This document shows, one piece after another, positions 48,961-60,469 of a DNA stretch of 64,000 nt. The translations under genes and the position numbers were made by a program. How positions within the stretch are numbered: position 1 is the stretch's first letter; every line of letters starts with the position of its first letter. Source of the DNA: Azolla caroliniana (taxonomy: Eukaryota; Plantae; Polypodiophyta); NCBI GenBank assembly GCA_043228905.1, contig JBHGNT010000014.1, forward strand, positions 2,666,001 to 2,730,000, in the 5' to 3' direction. The notes below the pieces were generated by a model. The model worked only from the letters and a program-made list of their open reading frames with translations, was not told where the DNA came from and did no database searches.

Positions 48961-50282
48961 TGTCATGGTGTGGCGTGTGCAGTGTGAGAAAAAGCGAGGT
49001 TCCACGCACATCTCATGAAATAATGTATAAAAAACAATAATAATTATTATTATTATAATAAGTAACTTGTAGTAGTTTAGTGGGTAAGACTTATAAGTAT
49101 ATGTAGAGAGGTGTAGGGTTCCAATCTCTCTTGCTACAAATCAAGGAATATTTTGCTCCCCTTCCTTTTTTGTAATAAAGCAAAAAAAATAAAAAAAGCA
49201 TGTAATGTTAAAATAAGCTCTTCTTTCCTCTATAAGAAAGGAAGGATAGGGCTTATTTGGGGGTCGCCCATTTTGTCTTCTAGGGGTGTACCACTAGGGT
49301 TTCATCTTCTCCTCTTCTTTTTGGGTTAGGGTTTGGTAGCCTCCCTTTCTCCTTATCCCTTTCTCCTTCTTCTTTTCCTTCTAGGGTTAGGGTTTGAGAG
49401 CTTCTTCTTTCTACTTTTAAATTCTTTCTCCTCAACATATTAGAGAACCCGAGGTTTAGGGTTTTTATGTTCCTTATGAGCGTCTAGGGTTCTTCTTTGT
49501 TATGAGTTTTAGGGTTGTGAGTTTTGCATCTACTTGAGAGTTAGGGTTTGGGTTCCTTATACATCAACTTCTTCAGCATCTTGGTGGCCAGTTGCGGAAG
49601 GGAGGTTGTAGTGGCACGAGAGCTACTCCGAATCGAGGCAACATAGTTGTCGGAAGTAGTCGAGCTCGGAGCCCACTATGTGGAGAGTGTCGATATTTAT
49701 GCGGAAGTGTTTGTTCGGATCGTTCGACTATGAATAGCAAACAATGTAAACAGAAAGCAGAAAGGGCATATTGAGACTTACACAGATACGAGCTTTAATG
49801 GAAAGCTTCTTATTTTCTGCATAGAGCGTTTTCTTTCTCTCAGAATTACACTCATCATCATCCATTACAATGTTAGGTATTCGCTTATATACTAAGCCCT
49901 AACTTGTTAACGTGTTCACACTAGGACGGATACAAAGTGGAAGGAGTCGGCCTTTTAAAGAAGACACTAGACTCGCCTTCATCAGATTATTTTCAGCCCC
50001 TTGTGTGTTGATTAGTTGTTTTTGAATAATGATGAAACTATTTCTATGTAAAAGAATCACCTAAATCGTGGTATCTAACCTAACCATTGTACAAACCCTA
50101 ATTTTTGCAACATAACTCTTGTATATTTTTGTCTACATTTCTCCCTAACCTCGTGCGTATTCTCCTTAAACATTTACTAATCATGGTGGCGAATCTCCCA
50201 CTTCCTCACCACTTTTGTCTCCCCGGTCTAAGGCCCTGGCAGTCCCATTCGAGCAACACATGCACGCGAAACTTTCGCGACA
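48961..50282 (+). mobile_element. Solo LTR, same family as 4862-5707
   Basis: TGTCA...CGCGACA, TSD GCGG/ACGG; interrupts the integrase AANTAVYL motif. Confidence 0.85.
49679..49964 (-). mobile_element. Small solo-LTR-like insertion within the solo LTR
   Basis: Absent from the 4862 copy; flanked by a CACTA duplication. Confidence 0.65.
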
Positions 50283-51981
50283 ACGGCCGTATACCTCATG
50301 AATCAGTGTATGACATCAGGTGTGCACGAACTTACTCTGCATGAGAAGTTTTTCGGAAAGAAGCTGGACCTATCACATGTTCGGATATTCGGCTCCATTG
50401 CGTATGTATTCATCCCCAACGAGAAGCGACAAAAGCTCGACCCGAAGTCGGAGACATGTATCCTCGTAGGATACTCACTGGAGCAAAAGGGGTACAAGTG
50501 TTATAACCCCTCAACACGAAAATCTCGATTAAGTCGAGACGTCATTTTCGACGAGTCCACATCTTGGTACGCACCAGAGACAACTTTGACTCTAATTCCC
50601 CTCGACCCAGAATACACCAAAATAGAGATAGAAGCCGAAGATCAACTCACACACATGTTCGAAGAAAGCACGATTACGACAAGGCTTAGTGGGCCACAAG
50701 AGCCTCCGAGCGATCAAAGCACATCTCGGCCAAGTCCGAAGCTGGACAAAGGGAAGGCGAAAATGCCAGAGTATGAAGAAGATCACTTCAACTGCAACAA
50801 ATCGACTCACTCCCTCGATAGTGAGTTCGATGGCCTTGACATACGGACAAATGGAGCAAAGAAAGCCTTAGTATCCGCAAACGAGAAGCTCCGCCAATCC
50901 ACCCATGAAAAGCTGTAAGCCGATTCAGCTACAACGATTATATGGCATACCATTACGCCTTTATGATGAAGGTAGCGACAGTATGGGAGTCGGAAACCTT
51001 TTCCGAAACTGTGAAGAACCCGTGATGGGTTGAAGCAATGAAGGAGGAGATGCAGACACTTTACAAGAACGAAACATGGGATCTCGTTCCCCACTCACCG
51101 CACAATAAGGCGATCGGTTGCAGATGGATCTACATGGTGAAGTATAATGCTGACGGCTCCGTAAACTGCGACAAAGCTCAATTCATAGCACAAACACATG
51201 TAGTCAACTACGAAGAGACATTTGCCCCGGTGGCAAAGATGACAACTGTGCGGACCGTAATTGCACTCGAAGTGGCAAAAGGGTGGCACCTCCATCAGAT
51301 GGACGTAAAGAACGCCTTTCTTCAAGGTGAATTAGAAGAGGAGGTATACATGGTACAACCACTCGGCTTCGAATCGCGTACTCATCCGAAAGACATGTGC
51401 TGACTCAAGAAGCCATTCTACGGCCTCAAGCAAGCACCGCATGCTTGGCATTCGAAGATTATGTAATATCTTCATCAAATTGTCTTTACAATGTCAAAAT
51501 CCGATAACTCCCTCTACGTACGAAACGACTCTAGAAGCCTAATTGTCATCATCCTATACGTGGATGATCTAGTTATTGGAGGTGAGCATTTGGTCGACAT
51601 CAACAAGGTGAAATACCTCCTCTCCAACAAATTCGAGATGACAAACATGAAGGAGCTTCATTACTTCCTAGGCATCGAAGTAATTCAAATTCCGACCGGC
51701 ATTATGATCTCTCAACAACACTACATCCTCAACTTGTTATACAAGTTCAGGATGACTGAGTGTAAATTTGTGTCAACCCCTCTCAATCAAAACCTCAAAC
51801 TAGACGTTGACTCTAGCATAGACGAGTGCGAGCCGACTCAATATCGTTAACTGATCGGGAGCCTCATCTATCTCACGATCACTCGACCTGACCTCAACTA
51901 TCCAGTCAGCCTCCTTAGACAATTCATGCAAACTCCACGAGATATCCATTTCGATTGCGCTAAGTGAGTATTACGTTACGT

Positions 51982-52835
51982 TGTCGTAGTGTAGGTTGCA
52001 CACTATGTGAAAATTATATTTTTGTCCCTCCGGATAGAGAATGGAGTGCTCGGGGAGAACCGGAAGAAAACGGCATACCGGCAAGGAGGAAAAACGGCAT
52101 ACCGGCAAGGAGGAAAACGGCATACCGGCAAGGAGGAAAAACGGCATACCGGCAAGGAAGAAAACGGCATACCGGCAAGGAAGAGCCGGATAAAGAGACA
52201 TAAATGTAAAAAGAAAGGAAATACTCACTACTGCGCAGGGCGTGATTCGAACTCTGCACCTCCACGTTGACAAACCCCAACCTTACCATTACATTAACTT
52301 ATCTTAAGTGCTTTAAATATAGATTTAATATGTATAAGACCTTTATTTATGCATACCTTTATTAAAAGGTAAATCGTGTATTCTTTAATATATGAAAAAG
52401 AAAAAACACGAGACACTAAAAATAACTCATGCACATCTAGCGTGCATGAGCCCTATACTTAGGAAATAAAAAAGCATCACATGCACATTTAGTGGACATA
52501 AACACTTTTTGTAAAAAAAAAACATGAAGCCATGCTTAGCTCTTCCTTCCTTATATAAGGAGGAGAGAAATATGTAAAGAGTTGTTGATTATTTGGATTA
52601 AGTATTAATCAATACAAAAATTATTCGTGGGATTCACGATTTATACATCTACTTCTCTCTTAACACCCTAAGTACCAATTAATATAGTATACTCGTGTGA
52701 TTCACGAGTTTCTTATCTTTCTCTTTGCTATTTACTCATAATTAATCTCTATCTCACGAACTTCTTTCTCCTAGTCCAAGACCTCTGTGGTTCCCACCCG
52801 ACTCACGCAACGATCCGGAGCCGAAAGGCACGACA
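51982..52835 (+). repeat. 5' LTR of gypsy P (five 23-24 bp tandem units)
   Basis: TGTCGT...ACGACA; units of GAAAACGGCATACCGGCAAGGA(G/A). Confidence 0.97.
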
Positions 52836-52839
52836 CAGT

Positions 52840-52857
52840 TGGTGAACCCGACGTGAA
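52840..52857 (+). promoter_or_regulatory. Primer binding site, tRNA-Trp
   Basis: TGGTGAACCCGACGTGAA, complementary to the plant cytosolic tRNA-Trp 3' end as I recall it (TTCACGTCGGGTTCACCA). Confidence 0.85.
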
Positions 52858-52873
52858 AACGGGTGGCAAGGAG

Positions 52874-54913
52874 ATGGAGGCTCAACAAGCTAACAATATG
52901 ATGGCGATGTTCGAACGGATGCTTCAAGAACAACGCACGATGTCGGAGATATCGGCATCAGTAGAGCGGCTCGTGCAACGCAACGGGCAATTTAATGGTA
53001 AGGATGTGTCGCGATATTTGCAGGACTACAAGGCGGAGATGCTCCGGTGCCGGGCTTCGGAAGGACTGCAAGTGACATCCTTTAACCGGGTGGCGACCGA
53101 CGGGCTTCAAGGGAGTATCCACGGGTTGCAACAACAAAATCCGACGTGGGAAGCATTCGAAGAGGCGTTAAAGACCACGTTTGCCATCGAGGACTCCTCC
53201 AAGGCAACGCGGAGGGGATTCGAGGATTGGGTGGAAACGTCAGGTAAGGGGCTGAAGGTCCTCGAAGTGTTTTCGACATTCGAAAGTCGGTTCGGGAGGT
53301 TGTCCGCGAGAGATCAAACTATTCTTGCACCGGACAAAGTCATCATGTTTTTGCGAGCTGTGGACGTCCGGGACCGGAAAGATCTCGGAGTGCTTCTTGA
53401 GGACACGACCACCGAAAGCGGCCTCACCGAAACATGGGAAAGCGTGCGGGATATCGTCGCGCGGTACACGAAGAGGGGGCAATGGCTTGCCAACGAAGAA
53501 AAGAGGGTTTCGGAACCGATTCCGAAACCGAGAACGGGACTGGAAGACCATCAACCGAGGACTCGGGAGATTACGGCCGAGAAGGGAGTCGACGCGTCTA
53601 CGGTGGAGCAGCTGCTGAAGGAGATGGAGAATCTAAAGATCGCGATGGTGAAGAAGTCGGATGACCGCCCCACAAGCTCCAAATATACGGATCGACGGTG
53701 CATATGGTGCGATAGCGCCGAACACGATCGGAGGGATTGCGACGACCATAAGGAGGCGCTACGACGGGATCTCATCTACTACGAGGGAAACCGGATTCAT
53801 TCGATGGACTCTCGGAAGCCACTCCGACCGAACTTCCGGAAAGGCGGCATGAAGAAGGTGCTCGAGGAGGAGTTAGCGGCAAGAAGCAACTATGCGACAA
53901 CCGCGGGAATATGTGTCGGGGAGTCAACGGGAGCGAAGGCGTCTTTCTGGCCGGAGGTGCTAGGAAACACCGAGAAAACCGACTCCAACGATATCCGAAA
54001 CACCGCGGAAGGCGTCCGGGAAGCTACGGGATGGGAGTGCCCTGTCGACAAGAATAGCATATACGCCCTGTGTCAATTACATGAGGTGTATGTGGACGAG
54101 AAACGACGGCGCACGGAGGATGCGGCCGGACCATCGAAGATACCGGAAAGCTGGAACTCCGGAGGTAAGGGAAAAGAAAAGGCGACTCCGGCATTCAAGC
54201 TCGCCTCGGACATAGAACAACAAACCGACTTGAAAAGAGTGTTCGAGGAAAGAATCTTGGATAGCCGGGTAGATTTTTCGCTGCGGGAACTACTCGGAAT
54301 AGCGAAGAAGGAGTTTCACGATCTTCTCGTGGATCTCGTAAAAAGGAAGAGACAAAGTACGGAGGAAAATGCTCCAAGGGTGAATGCAAATACCGTTTCA
54401 ATGAACGACACCGAAGTGGAAGGCGAAATTCCGAACTCCCACTATACAAGGCCACACTGGGCACGTGCGACTACGGAGACTCCGGTCCGAATCGGCAACA
54501 TCAAAGAACCCGTGCTAGCATTGATTGATCACGGATCGGAGATCAACTTGATGTCCAAGGAGTTCTACCGAAAGGGGAAGTGGCCTATAAACACCAACCA
54601 TGGATGGAAGATTCGGGCAGCCACGAAAACGACAGAAGACCTATTTGCGGCTTGTCCGGATGTGACGGTAAAGATCGGGGATGTCGAAATTGACCAAAAT
54701 TTCTTTGTGCAGGATGAGGTTTCACATTCTGTCATCCTCGGCCAACCCTTTATCACGGCTTCACGGATGGAGACGAAGGTGCTCGATAGTGGTGCGGCTT
54801 TTGCGCGAATTCGGAGCCAAAACGGAGGGAAATCCGTCCAATTCCTAACGGTGCCGGCAAATCACGAAAGGAACAAGAGGGAACTCTTGTCCCAAGTGAG
54901 AATGGATTTTTAA
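52874..54913 (+). CDS. gag: Gag-protease ORF1
   Basis: First ATG after the PBS; CIWCDSAEHDRRDC knuckle; aspartic protease ALIDHGSEINL...VILGQPF. Confidence 0.93.
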   Translation: MEAQQANNMMAMFERMLQEQRTMSEISASVERLVQRNGQFNGKDVSRYLQDYKAEMLRCRASEGLQVTSFNRVATDGLQGSIHGLQQQNPTWEAFEEALKTTFAIEDSSKATRRGFEDWVETSGKGLKVLEVFSTFESRFGRLSARDQTILAPDKVIMFLRAVDVRDRKDLGVLLEDTTTESGLTETWESVRDIVARYTKRGQWLANEEKRVSEPIPKPRTGLEDHQPRTREITAEKGVDASTVEQLLKEMENLKIAMVKKSDDRPTSSKYTDRRCIWCDSAEHDRRDCDDHKEALRRDLIYYEGNRIHSMDSRKPLRPNFRKGGMKKVLEEELAARSNYATTAGICVGESTGAKASFWPEVLGNTEKTDSNDIRNTAEGVREATGWECPVDKNSIYALCQLHEVYVDEKRRRTEDAAGPSKIPESWNSGGKGKEKATPAFKLASDIEQQTDLKRVFEERILDSRVDFSLRELLGIAKKEFHDLLVDLVKRKRQSTEENAPRVNANTVSMNDTEVEGEIPNSHYTRPHWARATTETPVRIGNIKEPVLALIDHGSEINLMSKEFYRKGKWPINTNHGWKIRAATKTTEDLFAACPDVTVKIGDVEIDQNFFVQDEVSHSVILGQPFITASRMETKVLDSGAAFARIRSQNGGKSVQFLTVPANHERNKRELLSQVRMDF

Positions 54914-54967
54914 AGCGGACTGTTGCGGAGTGGGGAAGTGATAGTCCGAGAAGCCCTGATACCCCAC
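54904..54967 (+). promoter_or_regulatory. Predicted -1 ribosomal frameshift signal (slippery heptamer plus pseudoknot)
   Basis: G GAT TTT then TAA; stem 54916-54926/54938-54948; loop GTGGGG can pair with CCCCAC at 54962-54967. Confidence 0.8.
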
Positions 54968-57900
54968 ACAGGAAGAAAACTCTCGGAGCAAAACAAGTAC
55001 GAATCGGCCCGGATGGGGCATCTACGTACACGGCCGTAACCGGAGGAATGAAGAAACAATACCGACAAGTGGAGGATAAGTTACGGTCGGCATCAATAAT
55101 AAAAGAAGACGAAGAAATCGTGGGAGTAATCGAGGAAGTGTTCTATGGGAATACACTACAACGGCTTGAAGAGCTTGCGGAAGATAAAAGCCAAGGGAAC
55201 CGGGTAGTCCCGGTGGAATCGGTCGAGATGTACGAGATCGTTGCGAAAATGGGGCCGGATGCGCTCCGCAAAGAAGAAGCAATGGTAAGTACGAAATACA
55301 AGACCGTGGAGAAGAAGGTGAAACCGGCCGCGGGACCACTACCCGCCGATAGCGAACAAAAGAGGAAAGAAGTCTCGGGAGATCCGACACTTCGGAAGAC
55401 CGTGGATATCGGACATGCCTTCACAGATGAGACCCGGAAGAAACTTCGGATCGGTGGAGGTGGGTTCCTCTTACAAGAAGAAGAAAAACGGTTTCGAGAG
55501 ATGTTGGAGCAACACGGCAAAGCATTCGCGTTCACATCGAGGGAGATCGGATGCATTGATCCAAAGATAGTGGAGCCGATGGTGATCTTCACGATTGATC
55601 ATATACCGTGGAACCTGAAGCCGATTCCGGTGCCACGGGCGCATATTCCGAAAGTCATCGACTTGCTCAAGGAGAAGGTGGCGATGGGGATTCTAGAGCC
55701 ATCAAGTGCTCCATACTCAAATCGATGGTTTACGGTTCCGAAGAAGAATGGGTCACTCCGATTCATCCAAGACTTGCAACCGGTGAACAAGGTCACGATC
55801 CGGAACTCGGGAGTCGGTCCGATAGTGGACGAATTCGCGGAAGCTTTTGTCGGACGTGCGATATACTCCATCGGGGACCTATACTCGGGGTATGACCAAT
55901 TCCAACTAGCCGTGGAGAGCCGAGACATCACTACCATGCGGACACCGATAGGACTAGTTCGAATGTGCACACTACCACAAGGAGCGACAAACTCGGTTGC
56001 ACATATGATGAACGCGATGAACAAGGTGCTTCGAGATTGCATCCCGGAGATAACGATGCCGTTTCTAGATGACATTCCGATGAAAGGATGCGCGGTGGAA
56101 GAAAAAGATGAGACTATGGATGATCGGGGATGCCGAAAGTTCGTGGTCGACCATATTCATGATTGCGAGAAAGTGTTGCGAAAGCTAGAAGATGTGCACC
56201 TAACACTTTCCGGGGAGAAATCGGCATTCGGGCAAGAAGAAATATTGGTGGTCGGACATCTATGTGGACCCTACGGCCGAAGACCGTCACCAACAAAGAT
56301 CGATGCGATTCAAGCTATGAAGGAAGTATGTGAGTCAACATCGGAAGTCCGAAGGTTTCTGGGTGCGTGTGCATTCTATCACATATGGATTCCGCACTAT
56401 GCACATATAGCGGACCCGCTCTATCACTTGTTGCGGAAAGGTAAGAAATTCGAGTGGAAACCGGAACACACTAAAGCCATGAGGAAGCTCAAGAAGACAC
56501 TATGGAGGGCGGAATCACTTAAGAAGCCAAGCTACGAGCGGCCAATCATAGTAACGGTTGATACAAGTCCAACCGGTATCGGGTGGGTCATCAATCAAGT
56601 CGACTCGGATGGTTCGCGGTATCCGATCCGATTTGGAGCAAAGGTCCTCAACGAAAGGCAACGCGGATATGCACAAGTCAAAAGAGAATTGTGGGGAGTC
56701 GTGTCGGCGATAAAATCGGATCGGGATTATTTGATCGGAGCTGAAGTGGTGATCGAGACGGATTGTCTTCCGATACTCGGGATGATGCGGTGTTGTACGA
56801 TACCGGATGTGGCTATGCTAAGGTGGATTGCATATGTCAAGTCACTTAATCCGGAGGTTCGACACATCTCGGGGAAGGACAACGCGGTAGCGGACATGTT
56901 ATCGAGGGCGCGGTTTGAAGACGACATAACCGAATCAGATAATGAAGAAGTTTCCGAAGACTACTTCACGTCAGAACACATATGCCGAGTGAACGTGATC
57001 CGAGAATTCCGGGAAGAAGAATACGAGGGAGAAACCTTGATGATCGGGAAGATGCTACAAGAGGTCGAGGATTCAACCAATGATAAAGAAAGGAGAGCCG
57101 AGATCCGAAGGATGAAGAGGCAAGTCCAAAAGTTCTTCTTGGAAAACGGTTTAATATGGAGGACGCCGAAAAGACCGGATGGGATACCACTTCGAGTAGT
57201 CGGGACGAAAGAGCAACGAAACCGGATAATATCCGAGTTCCACGAATCCGATTGGGCTGGACATCGAGGAACATGGGCAACTTTTGTGAAAATCAAGCAA
57301 AGATATTGGTGGAAGAACATGTATAAAGATGTCGCGGAGTTCACAGAAAGCTGCGAGAAATGTCAAGTCTACTCCGGGGTCCGACACCGAGATGAGCTGC
57401 ATCCGACATTCTCACCGACAATCAACTTCAAGTGGATGGTCGACATTGTAGCTATGCCGACCGGGATTGGACAAAAGAAATACTTGGTGTTAGCTCGAGA
57501 AGATCTCACAAACCAAGTTGAAGGTCGAGCGCTTCGGAGGAAAACGTGTGCCGCGGTGTGCCAATTTCTTTTGGAAGAAGTGTTTTGTAGGTACGGCTGC
57601 GTAGGACAAGTGATTGCGGACCGGGGAGAACTCGACTCGGACAAAGCTAGGGGATTCTTCGCCAAACATGGAGTTCGGTTAACGTTGACAACGGCCTACA
57701 ATCCGGAGGCCAATGGGAAGATCGAACGAGGACATAGTCCGATCGTGAAAGCACTTGCGAAGGCATGCGACGGAAGGGTGAAGGATTGGCCACAAATGCT
57801 TCCGTATGCACTATGGGCGGATCGGACGACGCATAGCTCCGTGACCGGTTACATGCCGGCAGAACTCATGACCGGACAAGCACCGGTAATGCCAACGGAA

Positions 57901-58515
57901 ACCGCAATCGCGACATGGACAATACTACCGTGGAAGGAAGAGATGAGCCGGGAAGAACTACTAGCGGTTCGGATACGACAACTGGAGGGAAGACCGAAAG
58001 ATGTAGCGGAAGCGTCACGCCGACAACAAGAAGCACGGTTCCGGAACAAAAGCCGGTTCGACACAAAGCACCGACTACGACCGAGGAGGATTGAAGAAGG
58101 AGATTGGGTGATCGTCTATGATAGTAGCTTGGACCATCAACATACAACGATGCGGAAATTCGCGAAAAGGTGGTTCGGGCCGTACGAGGTTCGGAAGGTC
58201 TTCGACAACGGGACGTACCGACTGTCCGAGTTGGATGGAACAATACTTCGAGTGCCTATAGCCGGGAAGCGGGTGAAGATTTTCAAGAAGCGGACCGACG
58301 ACAAACCTTATGTGATCCAAGTCGAGGCCGACAACGAGGAGCAATCGGACGAAGACCACAATGATGCGGGAAGCGAAGAAAGTGGATTACAACTCATAGT
58401 CGACATAAGGGGAGAATCGGAGGAAGCTTCGGATGAAGACGGATACGAAGAATCAAGAACTTCGGCACATACCGGAGGATGTGCGGGTTTGGAGGGGGCG
58501 AGTGTCGTAGTGTAG
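54904..58515 (+). CDS. pol: Pol ORF2 (RT-RNase H-INT), probably reached by a -1 frameshift; first ATG at 55048
   Basis: LPQG...PFLDD; RNase H VDTS/RELW/ETDC/ADMLSR; HHCC, DDE and GPY; frame is open from the slip site. Confidence 0.93.
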   Translation, partial: GFLKRTVAEWGSDSPRSPDTPHRKKTLGAKQVRIGPDGASTYTAVTGGMKKQYRQVEDKLRSASIIKEDEEIVGVIEEVFYGNTLQRLEELAEDKSQGNRVVPVESVEMYEIVAKMGPDALRKEEAMVSTKYKTVEKKVKPAAGPLPADSEQKRKEVSGDPTLRKTVDIGHAFTDETRKKLRIGGGGFLLQEEEKRFREMLEQHGKAFAFTSREIGCIDPKIVEPMVIFTIDHIPWNLKPIPVPRAHIPKVIDLLKEKVAMGILEPSSAPYSNRWFTVPKKNGSLRFIQDLQPVNKVTIRNSGVGPIVDEFAEAFVGRAIYSIGDLYSGYDQFQLAVESRDITTMRTPIGLVRMCTLPQGATNSVAHMMNAMNKVLRDCIPEITMPFLDDIPMKGCAVEEKDETMDDRGCRKFVVDHIHDCEKVLRKLEDVHLTLSGEKSAFGQEEILVVGHLCGPYGRRPSPTKIDAIQAMKEVCESTSEVRRFLGACAFYHIWIPHYAHIADPLYHLLRKGKKFEWKPEHTKAMRKLKKTLWRAESLKKPSYERPIIVTVDTSPTGIGWVINQVDSDGSRYPIRFGAKVLNERQRGYAQVKRELWGVVSAIKSDRDYLIGAEVVIETDCLPILGMMRCCTIPDVAMLRWIAYVKSLNPEVRHISGKDNAVADMLSRARFEDDITESDNEEVSEDYFTSEHICRVNVIREFREEEYEGETLMIGKMLQEVEDSTNDKERRAEIRRMKRQVQKFFLENGLIWRTPKRPDGIPLRVVGTKEQRNRIISEFHESDWAGHRGTWATFVKIKQRYWWKNMYKDVAEFTESCEKCQVYSGVRHRDELHPTFSPTINFKWMVDIVAMPTGIGQKKYLVLAREDLTNQVEGRALRRKTCAAVCQFLLEEVFCRYGCVGQVIADRGELDSDKARGFFAKHGVRLTLTTAYNPEANGKIERGHSPIVKALAKACDGRVKDWPQMLPYALWADRTTHSSVTGYMPAELMTGQAPVMPTETAIATWTILPWKEEMSREELLAVRIRQLEGRPKDVAEASRRQQEARFRNKSRFDTKHRLRPRRIEEGDWVIVYDSSLDHQHTTMRKFAKRWFGPYEVRKVFDNGTYRLSELDGTILRVPIAGKRVKIFKKRTDDKPYVIQVEADNEEQSDEDHNDAGSEESGLQLIVDIRGESEEASDEDGYEESRTSAHTGGCAGLEGASVVV

Positions 58516-59403
58516 GTTGCACACTATGTGAAAATTATATTTTTGTCCCTCCGGATAGAGAATGGAGTGCTCGGGGAGAACCGGAAGAAAACGGCATACC
58601 GGCAAGGAGGAAAAACGGCATACCGGCAAGGAGGAAAAACGGCATACCGGCAAGGAGGAAAACGGCATACCGGCAAGGAGGAAAAACGGCATACCGGCAA
58701 GGAAGAAAACGGCATACCGGCAAGGAAGAAAACGGCATACCGGCAAGGAAGAGCCGGATAAAGAGACATAAATGTAAAAAGAAAGGAAATACTCACTACT
58801 ACGCAGGGCGTGATTCGAACTCTGCACCTCCACGTTGACAAACCCCAACCTTACCATTACATTAACTTATCTTAAGTGCTTTAAATATAGATTTAATATG
58901 TATAAGACCTTTATTTATGCATACCTTTATTAAAAGGTAAATCGTGTATTCTTTAATATATGAAAAAGAAAAAACACGAGACACTAAAAATAACTCATGC
59001 ACATCTAGCGTGCATGAGCCCTATACTTAGGAAATAAAAAAGCATCACATGCACATTTAGTGGACATAAACACTTTTTGTAAAAAAAAAGCATGAAGCCA
59101 TGCTTAGCTCTTCCTTCCTTATATAAGGAGGAGAGAAATATGTAAAGAGTTGTTGATTATTTGGATTAAGTATTAATCAATACAAAAATTATTCGTGGGA
59201 TTCACGATTTATACATCTACTTCTCTCTTAACACCCTAAGTACCAATTAATATAGTATACTCGTGTGATTCACGAGTTTCTTATCTTTCTCTTTGCTATT
59301 TACTCATAATTAATCTCTATCTCACGAACTTCTTTCTCCTAGTCCAAGACCTCTGTGGTTCCCACCCGACTCACGCAACGATCCGGAGCCGAAAGGCACG
59401 ACA
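58503..59403 (+). repeat. 3' LTR of gypsy P (seven tandem units)
   Basis: Matches the 5' LTR except two extra units and two substitutions that I could see. Confidence 0.97.
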
Positions 59404-60469
59404 ACGTGAGCGGCACAATGGATTACGGCATCCTCTACACATCGGCCACACCAATTCGACTCGAAGGGTACATGGATGTCGATTGGGCCGACTACAGAGC
59501 TGATCGACAATCAACCTCCGGATTTGTCTTCTCGCTCGGTCGCGGAGCAATATCTTGGAGTAGTAAGAAGCAGCCTATCGTCGCACTTTCAAGTACGGAG
59601 ACCGAATACAAGGGCGCAGCCACAATTGCATGTGAAACCGTATCGCTCAAGAGGATTTTGAAGGATCTGGGCATTCCCGTCAAGGATCTGACTCCTATTT
59701 ACTGCGACAACATGAGAAGTATATATTAGGCTCGGAACCCGGTGTTCTACGCAGGCACAAAGCATATCGAAGTGCACTACCACTTCATTCGAGAGCGTCT
59801 TCAGGTCGGAGATGTCGATCTTCTACACATCAACATGAATCTTCAGACAGCCGACATCTTCACCAAGGCCCTAGGAGCCGACAAGCTTCGGCAATTCATG
59901 TCAGATCTTGGATTGACGATCCTTGACTTGCCAAGCTTGAGGGGGAGTACAAGCGAGAACCGAATACCCGTCTGAACCGAATACCAGCCGAAGTGGACAT
60001 CAATCAAAATGAACCAACCCGAGTTAAGCTTGAGGGGGCATGTTGAGAATCAAGCTCAACATAGTGCAACATGTGAACAATCCTTTTGAGAATCTATGAT
60101 TACTCAAAGGTCAAGAGGTCACTACTCTCTACACATTAATTATGTGTCATAGAATCATATTCTATGACACATAACTAATGAGTTACATATTCCCCTTGAG
60201 TTAGCTTTCTTATGGATCTTTTCTTGTCTAATTTGGACATTGGATGAGAAAATTATGAGCTTTTTTCTCTACCTTACTCCTCAATTCCACGCCTTGCGTT
60301 TTTTTTTTCTTACTTTTTCTATTTTTATCTACTTTTGAAAAACCTCTTCTACCTTACTATCTTTTCATCATTTATTACAAAAGTTGACTTTGCAATATTA
60401 GTTTATTTGGACCACTACTTTATTCTCTTTTGAGGGTGGTTTCGCACTATGTGTCGAAAACATCACGAC

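Larger units (their letters stand above)
51982..59403 (+). mobile_element. Intact, young non-chromoviral Ty3/gypsy element P
   Basis: LTRs 51982-52835 and 58503-59403, TSD ACGT, PBS, PPT GGAGGGGGCGAG, two long ORFs. Confidence 0.98.
45478..60200 (+). mobile_element. Decayed full-length copia element O (5' LTR 45478-45940, truncated 3' LTR from 60041) hosting four insertions
   Basis: Mutated PBS TAGTATCAGA at 45941, gag from 46101, PR, INT, RT and RH to 59975, PPT at ~60030. Confidence 0.9.

Noticed and set aside
49068-49138. Functional tRNA gene
   Set aside because: No proper D or anticodon stems, and the A-box overlaps the closing stem; reported only as tRNA-like.
49674-49969. CACTA DNA transposon
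   Set aside because: CACTA appears as a direct repeat (target duplication), not as inverted termini.
58586-58750. Short regularly spaced repeats and repeat-encoded ORFs
   Set aside because: Head-to-tail LTR minisatellite; the ORFs arise from a stop-poor repeat.
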